Origin: Fidelibacterota bacterium
GTDB lineage: Bacteria > Fidelibacterota > Fidelibacteria > Fidelibacterales > DSDE01
Assembly (NCBI GenBank): GCA_046735395.1
Contig: JBJKQR010000033.1
Coordinates: 1 to 30,083, forward strand
DNA: 30,083 nt
Reading direction: 5' to 3'
The translations under genes and the position numbers were made by a program. Positions 16,221 to 26,337 of the stretch are shown here, one piece after another. Positions within the stretch are counted from its first letter, which is position 1. The number at the start of each line of letters is the position of its first letter. A model generated the notes under the pieces. It did no database searches. It was not told the origin of the DNA and worked only from the letters and a program-made list of their open reading frames with translations.

Positions 16221-17051
16221 ATGGAAATTTCTGCGTATTTTCGACTCGCCAGGCCACTGAACGTCCTCATCGCTTCGCTGTCGGTTTTGATTCAGGCCAG
16301 CCTCATGCCAGCCTTCCCGGCATGGGTGAAAATTCTTCCGGCACTGCTGACGGTGGCCTTTCTGAATGCGGCGGCCAATGCCGTGAACGATATTACGGAT
16401 ATCGAGATCGACCGGGTGAACCGTCCGGAACGGCCTCTTCCCTCCGGCCGGATAAGTCTGAGACAGGCCGGAATTTATTCCATTCTGTTTTTTGTGGCGG
16501 GCAACCTTCTGGCCCTCCGTCTGGGCATGGGGCCCTTTATAATCTCCGCGGTCATTGCCACGCCCCTCATGGTTCTGTATTCATACAGCCTGAAACCCCG
16601 TCCCTTCGTGGGGAATCTGGTGATCGCGGGTATTCTCGGACTTGCCCTGATTTTCGCCGCGGTGGCCTACGGAGACATCCGCTATGGGCTGGTTCCGGCG
16701 CTTTTAGCTTTTTTTGTGAATCTTGTGCGGGAAATCATCAAGGATCTGCAGGATATGGAGGGAGACCGGAAGCGCAATTCCCGGACACTGCCCCTTCTGC
16801 TGGGTGAAACGCGGACCCGACGCATCACTGCAGCGATCCTTGTTGTCTTTCTGCTGATTCTGCCGCTGCCCTATCTGTATCAGATTTACCGGCTTCCCTA
16901 CCTCATCATCGTTCTGTCTGCTGTTGCGCTGCCGCTGGCCATAGTGCTGGGGCTGCTTCTGTCCAATAAAACATTGAATTACGGAAATTTATCCAATACC
17001 TTGAAACTGACTATCCTTACCGGACTTGTTGCCATATTTGCGGGGAGATGA
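16221..17051 (+). CDS. UbiA-family prenyltransferase, DGGGP-synthase-like
   Basis: RPLN, NDITDIEIDRVNRPERPLPSG, REIIKDLQDMEGD...TLP; multi-pass membrane protein. Confidence 0.85.
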   Translation: MEISAYFRLARPLNVLIASLSVLIQASLMPAFPAWVKILPALLTVAFLNAAANAVNDITDIEIDRVNRPERPLPSGRISLRQAGIYSILFFVAGNLLALRLGMGPFIISAVIATPLMVLYSYSLKPRPFVGNLVIAGILGLALIFAAVAYGDIRYGLVPALLAFFVNLVREIIKDLQDMEGDRKRNSRTLPLLLGETRTRRITAAILVVFLLILPLPYLYQIYRLPYLIIVLSAVALPLAIVLGLLLSNKTLNYGNLSNTLKLTILTGLVAIFAGR

Positions 17052-17052
17052 G

Positions 17053-20000
17053 ATGCCTGATTTTGTCCATTTGCACAACCATAGTGATTACAGCCTGCTG
17101 GACGCCGCCCAGAAAGTGGACCGGATGATCGCGCGCTGCCAGGAGCTGGGTATGGACAGCATCGCGCTCACCGAACACGGGAATATGTTCAGCGCGGTGG
17201 TATTTCATGATAAGGCCCGGGATGCAGGCGTTAAACCCATCATCGGCTGCGAGTTCTACGTGGCCTACGGCTCCCACACCGACCGGACCCCTCACCGTCG
17301 CGGCGAGGGTTTCAGCTACCACCATCTGGTCCTTCTGGCCAAAGATTACGACGGGTACCGCAACCTCATGAAACTCACATCGCTGGGCTACCGGGAAGGA
17401 TTCTATTTCAAACCGCGGGTTGACAAGGATCTGCTTCGGGCTCACAGTTCCGGTCTCATTGCGCTCTCTGCCTGTCTGAAGGGAGAGGTGGCCGAAAAGG
17501 CCTGGAAGCACGGGTATGACGAAGCGCTCCAGGCTGCCCGTGAATACGAAGAGATCTTTCCGGGAAATTTTTACCTTGAGCTGCAGAATCACGGTATCCC
17601 CGAAGAACAGATTGTGCTGGATATTTTTCCCAAAATATCCGAGGAAACCGGCATTCCCATGGTGGTGACGAATGATGTTCACTATACCCGGCAGGAACAC
17701 TGGGAATCTCATGATATCATGTTCTGTCTGGGAAGCGGCAAGGACTACAACGATCCGAACCGTCAGCGTTATCATGGAGACAGCTTTTATCTGAAATCGG
17801 CCGAGGAGATGCATGAGCTTTTCGCGGCGTATCCAGAGGCGCTGGCCAATACGCGGAAGATCGCCGATGCCTGTGATGTCCTGATCCCCAAGAATGAATA
17901 CCACCTGCCGTCCTTCCCCATCCCGGAAGAGTTCGGATCAAAAAATGAAGCAGACTATCTGGAAGCTCTGGCCCGCAGGGGACTGCAGGAACGTTTCGGT
18001 GACGCAGTGACCGAGGAGATCCGTGAGCGGCTCGAGTATGAGTTGGGCGTGATCAATAAAATGGGCTTCCCCGGGTATTTCCTCATTGTGCAGGATTTTA
18101 TCAATCATGCGCGGTCAAAGGGCATTCCGGTAGGACCGGGACGGGGATCTGCCGCCGGTTCGCTCGTGGCCTATTCCCTCGGTATCACTGCCATAAATCC
18201 GCTGGAATATGATCTGCTTTTTGAACGCTTTCTCAATCCTGAACGGGTTTCCATGCCCGATATCGATATTGATTTCTGCTACGAACGGCGCAGCGAAGTC
18301 ATTGACTATATCAAATCCCTCTATGGTGAACAGTCGGTCTGTCAGATCATCACCTTCGGTGCGCTGAAGGCGAAACTTGTGCTCCGCGATGTGGCCCGGG
18401 TGCTGGGAATGAGTTACGGCGATGGAGATAAAATCGCCAAGATGATTCCGGAAGATCCGAAGATGACGCTGGAAAAGGCGGAAGGGATTGTGCCGGAGCT
18501 GCAGGAGCTTCTGAAAAGCGATGAACGTTACCAGCTGGTTTGGAAACATGCCCGCGTTCTGGAAGGAATGAACCGGCATGTGGGAATTCATGCGGCCGGG
18601 GTCGTGATTGCTCCCGGAACGCTGACAGACTATATTCCGCTTTATGAAAATACCAAGGGTGATGTGACCACCCAATACGATATGATTGTGACCGAGCGCG
18701 TCGGTATCCTGAAAATGGACTTTCTCGGACTGCGTACGCTCACGGTGATTCAGCATACCGTGGATATGGTGAAGAAGCGCGGCATCGATGTTGATATTGA
18801 TAAAATCAGCCTTGAAGACCCGCTCACCTACAAGCTTTTCATGGATGGCGCCACTCACGGGATCTTCCAGTTCGAATCCGGCGGCATGCGCGAATACCTG
18901 AAGCAGCTCCAGCCCAACAAGATCGGGGATCTGGTCGCCATGAATGCGCTGTACCGGCCGGGCCCCATGGGAAATATTCCGTCTTTTATCGCCCGGAAGC
19001 ACGGCCGCGAGAAAATCACCTATCTTCATCCTTCACTGGAACCGATTCTCCGGGATACCTACGGAATTATCGTCTATCAGGAACAGGTGATGCAGATTGC
19101 CAATATGGTGGCCGGATTTTCCCTCGGCGAAGCTGATAAACTGCGCCGGGCCATGGGTAAGAAGAAGATCAAGGATATGCAGGCCATGCAGCCCAAGTTT
19201 GTGGCGGGCGCCGGAGAACGGGGTGTTGAGGAAAAGATCGCTCTCGAAATCTATGAATTGATTTATAAATTTGCCGAGTACGGGTTCAATAAAAGCCATT
19301 CGGTGGCCTATGCCTATGTCGCCTACCAGACGGCCTGGCTGAAGGCCCACTATCCGGCTGAATTCATGGCGGCCTATCTCACCAGCGAACGCACGAATCT
19401 CAAACGCGTCGTGGAACTCATCAACGAGTGCCGGCGCATGGGAATAGAGGTTCGCCATCCCGATGTGAATATCTCCGGGCCCCTGTTCAGTTCCGACGGC
19501 ACTTCCATCATCTTCGGGCTCAGCGCCATCAAGAATATGGGGGAAAAGGCGGCGGAGGAAATTCAGAGGGAACGGGAGGAAAACGGGCCCTATAAAAATT
19601 TGTTTGACCTGGCAGCGAGAGTGGATCTTCATCAGCTCAACCGCAAGGCCTTTGAAGCGCTCATTTATGCCGGCGCCATGGATTCGCTGCCGGGAAACCG
19701 GGCCCAGAAACTGGAAGCCGTGGACGGCGCCATTCAGTACGGACAGAAACTGGTGCAGGAAAAGAACAATAATCAGGTGGATCTTTTCGGAAGTGTGTCC
19801 GGCGTGTCCATTATTTCCGAACCGGCGCTGGCGGACACTGAGGACTGGACACCGGCGCACAAGCTGAATCTGGAAAAGGAATACATGGGTTTCTACCTGT
19901 CCGGCCATCCGGCCGAGCCCTATCAGGAGGAAATCGATATTTTTTCCAATACGGAAATGCTCTCGAATGAAAACCGCGATTCCAAGATTCCCATACGTGC

Positions 20001-20490
20001 CGGGGGCGTCGTGACGGCCCTGAAAACCCTGTATGACAAGAAAAACCAGCCCTGGGCGCGCTTCGTGCTGGATACGCTCAGCGGTGAAATCAATATTCTC
20101 GCTTTTTCCAAGACCTTTGCCGAATGTCGGGAAATGCTCAGTGATGATGCCAAGATATTCATCGAGGGAAAAATTTCTGACAGGGATACGGACCAGGATG
20201 TTCCGACCCTGATTCTCAATTCTGTGCTACCTCTCGAGGATCTTCGTCTGAAACATGCCCGACGGATGCACATCCGCCTGGAAAAATCCAGGACGGGAAA
20301 TGATCTTCTGAATCATGTCAAGGGCATTATGGACAGATATCCCGGCGAACTGCCGCTGCTTATCCATATAGTGTCGGAAAACAATCCGGAAACACGTATA
20401 CGGGCCCGGAACGTGCGGGTGAATGTTTCACCGCCTCATATGGACCGACTGAGAGAAAAGCTTGGCCGTGAAAATGTATGGTTCGACTGA
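17053..20490 (+). CDS. dnaE: DNA polymerase III alpha subunit
   Basis: PHP motif HLHNHSDYSLLD, GPGRGSAAGS, PDIDIDF, YGFNKSHS, OB fold. ATG 17053 follows GGAG. Confidence 0.98.
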   Translation: MPDFVHLHNHSDYSLLDAAQKVDRMIARCQELGMDSIALTEHGNMFSAVVFHDKARDAGVKPIIGCEFYVAYGSHTDRTPHRRGEGFSYHHLVLLAKDYDGYRNLMKLTSLGYREGFYFKPRVDKDLLRAHSSGLIALSACLKGEVAEKAWKHGYDEALQAAREYEEIFPGNFYLELQNHGIPEEQIVLDIFPKISEETGIPMVVTNDVHYTRQEHWESHDIMFCLGSGKDYNDPNRQRYHGDSFYLKSAEEMHELFAAYPEALANTRKIADACDVLIPKNEYHLPSFPIPEEFGSKNEADYLEALARRGLQERFGDAVTEEIRERLEYELGVINKMGFPGYFLIVQDFINHARSKGIPVGPGRGSAAGSLVAYSLGITAINPLEYDLLFERFLNPERVSMPDIDIDFCYERRSEVIDYIKSLYGEQSVCQIITFGALKAKLVLRDVARVLGMSYGDGDKIAKMIPEDPKMTLEKAEGIVPELQELLKSDERYQLVWKHARVLEGMNRHVGIHAAGVVIAPGTLTDYIPLYENTKGDVTTQYDMIVTERVGILKMDFLGLRTLTVIQHTVDMVKKRGIDVDIDKISLEDPLTYKLFMDGATHGIFQFESGGMREYLKQLQPNKIGDLVAMNALYRPGPMGNIPSFIARKHGREKITYLHPSLEPILRDTYGIIVYQEQVMQIANMVAGFSLGEADKLRRAMGKKKIKDMQAMQPKFVAGAGERGVEEKIALEIYELIYKFAEYGFNKSHSVAYAYVAYQTAWLKAHYPAEFMAAYLTSERTNLKRVVELINECRRMGIEVRHPDVNISGPLFSSDGTSIIFGLSAIKNMGEKAAEEIQREREENGPYKNLFDLAARVDLHQLNRKAFEALIYAGAMDSLPGNRAQKLEAVDGAIQYGQKLVQEKNNNQVDLFGSVSGVSIISEPALADTEDWTPAHKLNLEKEYMGFYLSGHPAEPYQEEIDIFSNTEMLSNENRDSKIPIRAGGVVTALKTLYDKKNQPWARFVLDTLSGEINILAFSKTFAECREMLSDDAKIFIEGKISDRDTDQDVPTLILNSVLPLEDLRLKHARRMHIRLEKSRTGNDLLNHVKGIMDRYPGELPLLIHIVSENNPETRIRARNVRVNVSPPHMDRLREKLGRENVWFD

Positions 20491-20503
20491 TGAGGAAGTG
20501 GGT

Positions 20504-20965
20504 ATGATTGCTGTACTGCAGAGAGTATCACAGGCCTCGGTTACGGTGGATGACCGGGATGTCGCCCGGATCGGACGGGGGTTGCTGGTGCTATTTGCCG
20601 TCTGTGAAGGCGATACGCGGCAGGAGATGGAATTTATCTGTGACAAGCTGACAGATCTCCGTATCTTTCCGGATGCGGAGGGGCGCATGAATATTTCTCT
20701 GCAGGATTCGGGCGGAAGCCTGCTCATCGTATCCCAGTTTACGCTGTGTGCGGAGTGGGTGCGCGGCCGCCGCCCCGGGTTCACCCGTGCTGCGGCTCCG
20801 GACCTCGCGGAAAAACTCTATAACGAGGCGGTCGGATACCTGAGGGAAAAATCGATTGATGTGCAGACCGGAATCTTTGCCGCGGACATGAAAGTCGGCC
20901 TGATCAATGACGGCCCGGTGACGCTGATCCTGGACAGCCGTGAAAAATTCAGAAAAGAGGCATAA
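20504..20965 (+). CDS. dtd: D-aminoacyl-tRNA deacylase
   Basis: [19 protein letters not shown]. Confidence 0.95.
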   Translation: MIAVLQRVSQASVTVDDRDVARIGRGLLVLFAVCEGDTRQEMEFICDKLTDLRIFPDAEGRMNISLQDSGGSLLIVSQFTLCAEWVRGRRPGFTRAAAPDLAEKLYNEAVGYLREKSIDVQTGIFAADMKVGLINDGPVTLILDSREKFRKEA

Positions 20966-20967
20966 CT

Positions 20968-21381
20968 ATGATGGAAACTCGGAAAATACGCGTTGTTCTG
21001 GCCAAGCCCGGCCTGGACGGGCATGATCGGGGAGCGAAAATTCTGGCCTCAGCCTTCCGGGATGCAGGAATGGAAGTGATTTATCTGGGGCTGCGCCAGA
21101 CGCCTGAAATGATTATCAATGCGGCGCTTCAGGAAGATGCGGATGTGATCGGACTGAGCATTCACAGCGGGGCACACATGACCATTCTGCCGGCTGTTCT
21201 TGATCTGAAAAAGAAAAACGGGATGGATGACGTTCTGTTCATTGCCGGTGGCATCATTCCGGAAAAGGATATGAAGGCGCTTCTGGAAATGGGCGTGGAT
21301 AAACTGTTCGGGCCGGGTATACCCACCACCGAAGCGGTAAATTTTATAAAAAATTGGTTTAACAGGAAGAATCGGGACTGA
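20968..21381 (+). CDS. Cobalamin-binding subunit of an acyl-CoA (methylmalonyl-CoA-type) mutase
   Basis: [12 protein letters not shown] (DxHxxG), [14 protein letters not shown]. Confidence 0.92.
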   Translation: MMETRKIRVVLAKPGLDGHDRGAKILASAFRDAGMEVIYLGLRQTPEMIINAALQEDADVIGLSIHSGAHMTILPAVLDLKKKNGMDDVLFIAGGIIPEKDMKALLEMGVDKLFGPGIPTTEAVNFIKNWFNRKNRD

Positions 21382-21396
21382 GAAACCCCAGAGGCG

Positions 21397-22101
21397 ATGG
21401 AAAACAGAAAATCCGTGAAATATACGAGAATCAGTGAGTGGCCGAGAGGCGAGCAGCCGCGGGAAAAACTGAGCCGTCACGGAGCCGATTCGCTCAGCGA
21501 TGCGGAATTGATCGCGATTCTGCTTCGCAGTGGCTGCCGGGACAAAAGCGCGGTGGATCTTGCGCGGCAGATTCTGGAAGAACAGGGCGGACTGCCTGAG
21601 CTTGGGCGTATGAGCGTCGCGTCCCTGCGGCGTATCCGGGGTGTCGGCGAGGCAAAAGCGGTGACAGTTGCTGCCGCATTTCAGCTGGGAAGCCGTTTTG
21701 TGGAATCCGACCATTACAGCCGTCCTCTGAAGATCCGGGGTTCTCTGGATGTCTTCAGGGCTTTCGCACCGGGTATGCGCCTGCTGAATCATGAAGTATT
21801 CAGAGTCCTGCTGCTCAGCAGCAGCAATATGCTGATCCGGGACGTACTCATCAGCCGCGGCCATCTGAATGCGTCCGTGGTTCATGCCCGTGAAATATTC
21901 AAGGCGGCCATCGATCACCTGGCTGCAGCGGTCATCCTGATGCATAATCATCCCAGCGGAAATCCCCAGGCCAGCGATCAGGACATGGATATGACGCGCC
22001 GTATCGTGGAGGGAGGCCGGATCATCGGTATTCCTGTCCTGGATCATATTATCATTGCTGATAAGGAATATTTCAGTTTCGCAGATAAAGGACTGATCTG
22101 A
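21397..22101 (+). CDS. radC: RadC/UPF0758 JAB-domain protein
   Basis: PREKL...LSDAELIAILL, HhH GVGEAKA, HNHPSG...D...LDHIII. Confidence 0.95.
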   Translation: MENRKSVKYTRISEWPRGEQPREKLSRHGADSLSDAELIAILLRSGCRDKSAVDLARQILEEQGGLPELGRMSVASLRRIRGVGEAKAVTVAAAFQLGSRFVESDHYSRPLKIRGSLDVFRAFAPGMRLLNHEVFRVLLLSSSNMLIRDVLISRGHLNASVVHAREIFKAAIDHLAAAVILMHNHPSGNPQASDQDMDMTRRIVEGGRIIGIPVLDHIIIADKEYFSFADKGLI

Positions 22102-22115
22102 CCGGGAGAATCTGA

Positions 22116-23651
22116 ATGAAAAACCGAGAAAAGCTCACAGATCTGAGAGAAAAGGCCCTGGCCGGCGGAGGAAAGGATCGGCTGGATAAACAGCATGCCA
22201 AGGGAAAGCTGGGTGCCCGGGAGCGGATCGGGCTTCTGCTGGATCCGGGAACCTTCACCGAGATGGACATGTTTGCCCGGCCGCTGGGCAGGAATTCAGG
22301 GAACGGAAGCATTCCCGGTGACGGCGTCATTACCGGCTATGGATTGATCAATGGACGTAAAGTGTTTGTATTTTCTCAGGATTTTACTGTCTTCGGTGGC
22401 TCACTCGGTGAAGTGCATGCCGAGAAGATTGTCAAGATTATGGACTTGGCCATGAAAGTGGGTGTTCCGGTCATCGGACTGAATGACAGCGGCGGCGCCC
22501 GTATCCAGGAAGGTGTGGTGAGCCTGGCCGGCTATGCGGATATTTTCCTGAAGAATACGCTGGCCAGCGGTGTGATTCCGCAGATTTCCCTCATTCTGGG
22601 CCCCTGCGCCGGCGGTGCGGTCTATTCTCCCGCCATTACAGATTTTACCATCATGGTTCGCCATACGGCCTACATGTATGTGACGGGCCCTGATGTGGTG
22701 AAGACCGTGACCCACGAAGTCGTGACCCACGAGGAGTTGGGCGGCGCGGACACTCATGCGGAAAAGAGCGGCGTGGCTCATTTTGCCTGCGACTCCGAAG
22801 CGGATGCCTTTGAAACGCTGCGGACCCTGCTTGGTTTTCTCCCTCAGAACAATCGTGAGGACGCTCCGGTCATCCATCATGATGAGGACAGAAGCGAAGC
22901 CTGCTCACGTCTGGATACGATGATTCCGGATAATCCCAATAAGCCCTATGACATGAAGGATGTTCTCCAGGCTATCCTTGACCGGGGCGATGTCTTTGAA
23001 GTGCATGCCCGGTTCGCCCCCAATATTATTACCGCCTTCGGACGGCTGGACGGACGCAGTATCGGAATCATTGCGAATCAGCCCGCTCATCTGGCCGGTG
23101 TCCTGGATATTGACGCCAGCGTGAAGGCAGCCCGCTTTGTCCGCTTCTGTGATGCCTTCAATATTCCGCTTCTCGTGTTTGAGGATGTGCCCGGTTTTCT
23201 GCCCGGCACGGATCAGGAATGGCAGGGGATCATCCGCCATGGTGCGAAATTACTCTACGCCTTTTCCGAGGCGACAGTCCCGAAAGTCACTGTCATTACC
23301 CGCAAGGCCTATGGCGGCGCCTATGACGTCATGAATTCCAAACATATCCGGGGTGATATGAATTTTGCCTGGCCCACGGCCGAGATCGCCGTCATGGGGG
23401 CAAAAGGGGCGGTGAGCATCATCTACCGGAATGAAATCCGGGAGAGTGACTCGCCTGAGGAGACACTGAAGGAGCTGGAAGCCAGATACAATGATGAATT
23501 GGCCACACCCTTCATCGCCGCGGAACGGGGCTATGTGGATGATATTATACTACCGTCGGATACACGAAAGCGACTCATTGATGTGTTTGCACTTCTCGAA
23601 AATAAAGTGGATGAAAATCCCTCGAAAAAACATGGGAATATTCCCCTATAA
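22116..23651 (+). CDS. Acyl-CoA carboxylase carboxyltransferase subunit (PccB/MmdA-like)
   Basis: [49 protein letters not shown]. Confidence 0.95.
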   Translation: MKNREKLTDLREKALAGGGKDRLDKQHAKGKLGARERIGLLLDPGTFTEMDMFARPLGRNSGNGSIPGDGVITGYGLINGRKVFVFSQDFTVFGGSLGEVHAEKIVKIMDLAMKVGVPVIGLNDSGGARIQEGVVSLAGYADIFLKNTLASGVIPQISLILGPCAGGAVYSPAITDFTIMVRHTAYMYVTGPDVVKTVTHEVVTHEELGGADTHAEKSGVAHFACDSEADAFETLRTLLGFLPQNNREDAPVIHHDEDRSEACSRLDTMIPDNPNKPYDMKDVLQAILDRGDVFEVHARFAPNIITAFGRLDGRSIGIIANQPAHLAGVLDIDASVKAARFVRFCDAFNIPLLVFEDVPGFLPGTDQEWQGIIRHGAKLLYAFSEATVPKVTVITRKAYGGAYDVMNSKHIRGDMNFAWPTAEIAVMGAKGAVSIIYRNEIRESDSPEETLKELEARYNDELATPFIAAERGYVDDIILPSDTRKRLIDVFALLENKVDENPSKKHGNIPL

Positions 23652-23662
23652 GGAGGTATGAT

Positions 23663-24913
23663 ATGCCTTTAAGCACGAGTGAAATCAGAAATTTGTATGA
23701 TCAGGTCAAGGAATTTCTGGATCAGGGAGCCCCGACCGAAGCGAAACAGCTTCTGGATGCGGTTCCTCTGGACAGTTCGGATGATCTGATGATTGAATAT
23801 CTTCAGGGTGTCTGCGAACAGGAACTCGGAAATCATGACCGGGCCATCAAACGCTTTTCATATGTGATCAGCATGGAACCCTCCTTCACAACGGCTGCGG
23901 AAGCGCTTATCCACCTCCATCCCGAGTCTCTGACAGAAGGGCAGCTGAAATACCTGTACGAACTGATTATGGCCGAAAAGCCCCGGGTCAGCCAGCAGAC
24001 CTCCGCGTTTCTTCAGATTCATGAAGAACTGGATCCGGAACCGCTGATGGATTTTTCAAAGAACCAGACTTCAACGGCGACGGATACGGAGCGCAGTGAT
24101 GACCATTTTGCGGACAGTTCCCTGACGGCATCGGAGCCGGCGGAGGGCAGTGATGGAGCGGAGAACCATGACCTCTTGAATGAACGGACTCAGGAAGCCA
24201 TGGACGATCCCGATTCCCTCATTGATCCCATGTTTGCCGAACATAGAACCGGGGAAGCAGCTCCCGAAGCTGAAAATGCCGTGGAGGAAGTTCCGGTAAT
24301 GGCTGAAGAGACAACAGATATTGATTTACAATCTGAAGTGGAGACGGAAGCTGTTGTTGAAGAGGAAATGACTGCTGCCGCCGAATCGGAGCTTCCGGTT
24401 GAGGAGGACGTGGCGGTAGAAGCGGTTGAGGCCGGAGAATCGGAAGAAGGGCCTGCTGTTGCCGAAGAAGAAGCGGAGCCCATACCCGAAGCTGCAGCCG
24501 AGGCGGATGACCTGCCGGATGAAACGCCGTCTGAAGAAGAAATTACCGTGGCGGCTGTTCCCGAGGTAAAAAAGGACGCTGCACCGAAAAAGAAAGCCAC
24601 TCCGAAAGCAGCTCCCGCAAAAAAAGAGGCGGAGGCAGCCGCAGAAAAAACTGATACGGCATCTCCGGAAGCGGATGAGGATGCCCGGGAAGCCTCCGGG
24701 AGCGGACGAATCAGCATTGAAGAAAACAAGCTGACCGGTGAACGGATTGTCCGGGTGGAAACCTTCACCATGGCGGAAATTTATATCAAACAGGGCCTCT
24801 ACCATGAAGCGCTGCAGATTCTGACGAAACTTCGTGAAAAAGCGGAGGATACGGAAAAGATCGATGACACGATCCACAAGGTGACCCAGATTCTGGAAAA
24901 GGAAAAAGTCTGA
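23663..24913 (+). CDS. TPR protein with a long acidic low-complexity linker
   Basis: N-terminal TPR (YLQGVCEQELGNHDRAIKRF), E/A/P-rich middle, C-terminal TFTMAEIYIKQGLYHEALQIL. AGGAGG RBS. Confidence 0.75.
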   Translation: MPLSTSEIRNLYDQVKEFLDQGAPTEAKQLLDAVPLDSSDDLMIEYLQGVCEQELGNHDRAIKRFSYVISMEPSFTTAAEALIHLHPESLTEGQLKYLYELIMAEKPRVSQQTSAFLQIHEELDPEPLMDFSKNQTSTATDTERSDDHFADSSLTASEPAEGSDGAENHDLLNERTQEAMDDPDSLIDPMFAEHRTGEAAPEAENAVEEVPVMAEETTDIDLQSEVETEAVVEEEMTAAAESELPVEEDVAVEAVEAGESEEGPAVAEEEAEPIPEAAAEADDLPDETPSEEEITVAAVPEVKKDAAPKKKATPKAAPAKKEAEAAAEKTDTASPEADEDAREASGSGRISIEENKLTGERIVRVETFTMAEIYIKQGLYHEALQILTKLREKAEDTEKIDDTIHKVTQILEKEKV

Positions 24914-25016
24914 TGCGAAAACGGATTGAAACCCTCCGCCGACTGCATTTTTGTCCGGATTTTCGCAGCGGGGCACAGAGTACCCGAAGGGTCTGTGCTC
25001 GGGGACTCACTGAACT

Positions 25017-25652
25017 ATGACAAATGTCCCAAGCATTAAAAATATCGTATTTGACCTGGGGAACGTGATCGTCGACCTGAATTATGATGCGGGGTTCGCG
25101 CCTTTCGGGGTGTCGACGCAGAGCTTTGACCGCATTTACAATACCGATCTGTTTCACCGCTTCGAGAAAGGCCACATTGAGGAAAATGAATTTTTCGACT
25201 TTTTCTGTGATGAATCGGAATTCAGGCGGGAGCATGTTCCGGATCTGAAGGCCATCATCCACAGATGTTTTCCCCTTCGTCCCCGGGTCTGGGATCTTGT
25301 TTATAAATTGAAGAATACATACAGGATATTTCTGCTGTCGAATACGAATACGCTGGATTTTACCAGTATTGAAGAGAAATTCGATATCAGACAACCCTTT
25401 GAAAAAGTGTACCTGAGTTACGAACAGGGTCACCGGAAGCCGGATGAGGAAACCTATCTGCATGCACAGACGGTTCTGAATATTCTCCCGGAGGAGACAC
25501 TGTTTCTGGATGATCGCATTGAAAATATTGCCGGAGCCGGGCACTGTGGCTGGCATACTGTTCACGTACTCTGCGAAGAGACGATTTTTTCAGGACTTGA
25601 GGATTACCACATTCTGCCGCTATGTGAGGAAGGAGCAGGCCATGAAAACTGA
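25017..25652 (+). CDS. HAD-family phosphatase (YihX-like)
   Basis: FDLGNV, LSNTN, RKPD, FLDD..ENI. Confidence 0.9.
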   Translation: MTNVPSIKNIVFDLGNVIVDLNYDAGFAPFGVSTQSFDRIYNTDLFHRFEKGHIEENEFFDFFCDESEFRREHVPDLKAIIHRCFPLRPRVWDLVYKLKNTYRIFLLSNTNTLDFTSIEEKFDIRQPFEKVYLSYEQGHRKPDEETYLHAQTVLNILPEETLFLDDRIENIAGAGHCGWHTVHVLCEETIFSGLEDYHILPLCEEGAGHEN

Positions 25653-26337
25653 CAAGACAATGAGAACAAAATCCGAGATCTGGATACCCCTGGCTCTGGC
25701 CCTGATCCTGCCGATTTTTTATTTCTACTACGGCCGGGCGGGCGCCTATGATCTGTTTTTCGCTGCCCAGGGATCGGATCTGAATCCGGCATCCATGTAT
25801 TATGAATGGAGTTTCGGAATTCTGTTCTTCTCCTTTGTTCCCCTGCTGACCTGGACCGGCGTTCTCGGTTATCCGCTGAAGGATATCGGATTCAGGACCG
25901 GGCGGCTTCTCCCCGCAGCTGCGCTTTTTACACTCAGTCTCATCCTTCTGCTGGGCTACGCCTTCGTTGCCACCCGTTTTGATGAATTTCATGCGGCCTA
26001 TCCCCGGTTCAAATATATCGGGATGGAAAATATGCATGTCATCATCCGCTATTATGCTCTCGCACTGGTTTTTTTCTTTGCCCGGGAATTGTTTTTCCGG
26101 GGCTTTCTGGTTCAGGGGCTCAAGGACCAGCTGGGAATGGCCGCGGCAATTCTGATCTCCACTCTGGCCGCTGCGCCCATGTTTGCCGGTGCGTCCATTC
26201 TGGAAGGAACCATTGCCATTCTGGTCAATCTGATGTACGGTTTTATTGCTGTCAGAACCGGTTCTTTCATGTATTCCGCCCTGATCTCCTGGATCTGGAT
26301 GATTGCTGTGGACTGGAGTATCATCTATGGCCTCTGA
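25642..26337 (+). CDS. CPBP/Abi (CAAX protease-like) membrane protein, degenerate motifs
   Basis: RELFFRGFL and RTGSF..S motifs, multi-pass. ATG 25642 follows AGGAG. Confidence 0.7.
   Translation: MKTDKTMRTKSEIWIPLALALILPIFYFYYGRAGAYDLFFAAQGSDLNPASMYYEWSFGILFFSFVPLLTWTGVLGYPLKDIGFRTGRLLPAAALFTLSLILLLGYAFVATRFDEFHAAYPRFKYIGMENMHVIIRYYALALVFFFARELFFRGFLVQGLKDQLGMAAAILISTLAAAPMFAGASILEGTIAILVNLMYGFIAVRTGSFMYSALISWIWMIAVDWSIIYGL

Noticed and set aside
17053..20490. Intein or split in dnaE
   Set aside because: Normal length (1145 aa) with continuous motifs and no intein signatures.
21397..22101. radC as a mobile-element marker
   Set aside because: It is the full-length form with the N-terminal HhH region, embedded in a housekeeping operon.
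24971..25000. Hairpin GGGCACAGA-GT-ACCCGAAGGG-TCTGTGCTC as an ncRNA or riboswitch
   Set aside because: It is a single short stem-loop, with no recognisable family motif and no second copy in the window.
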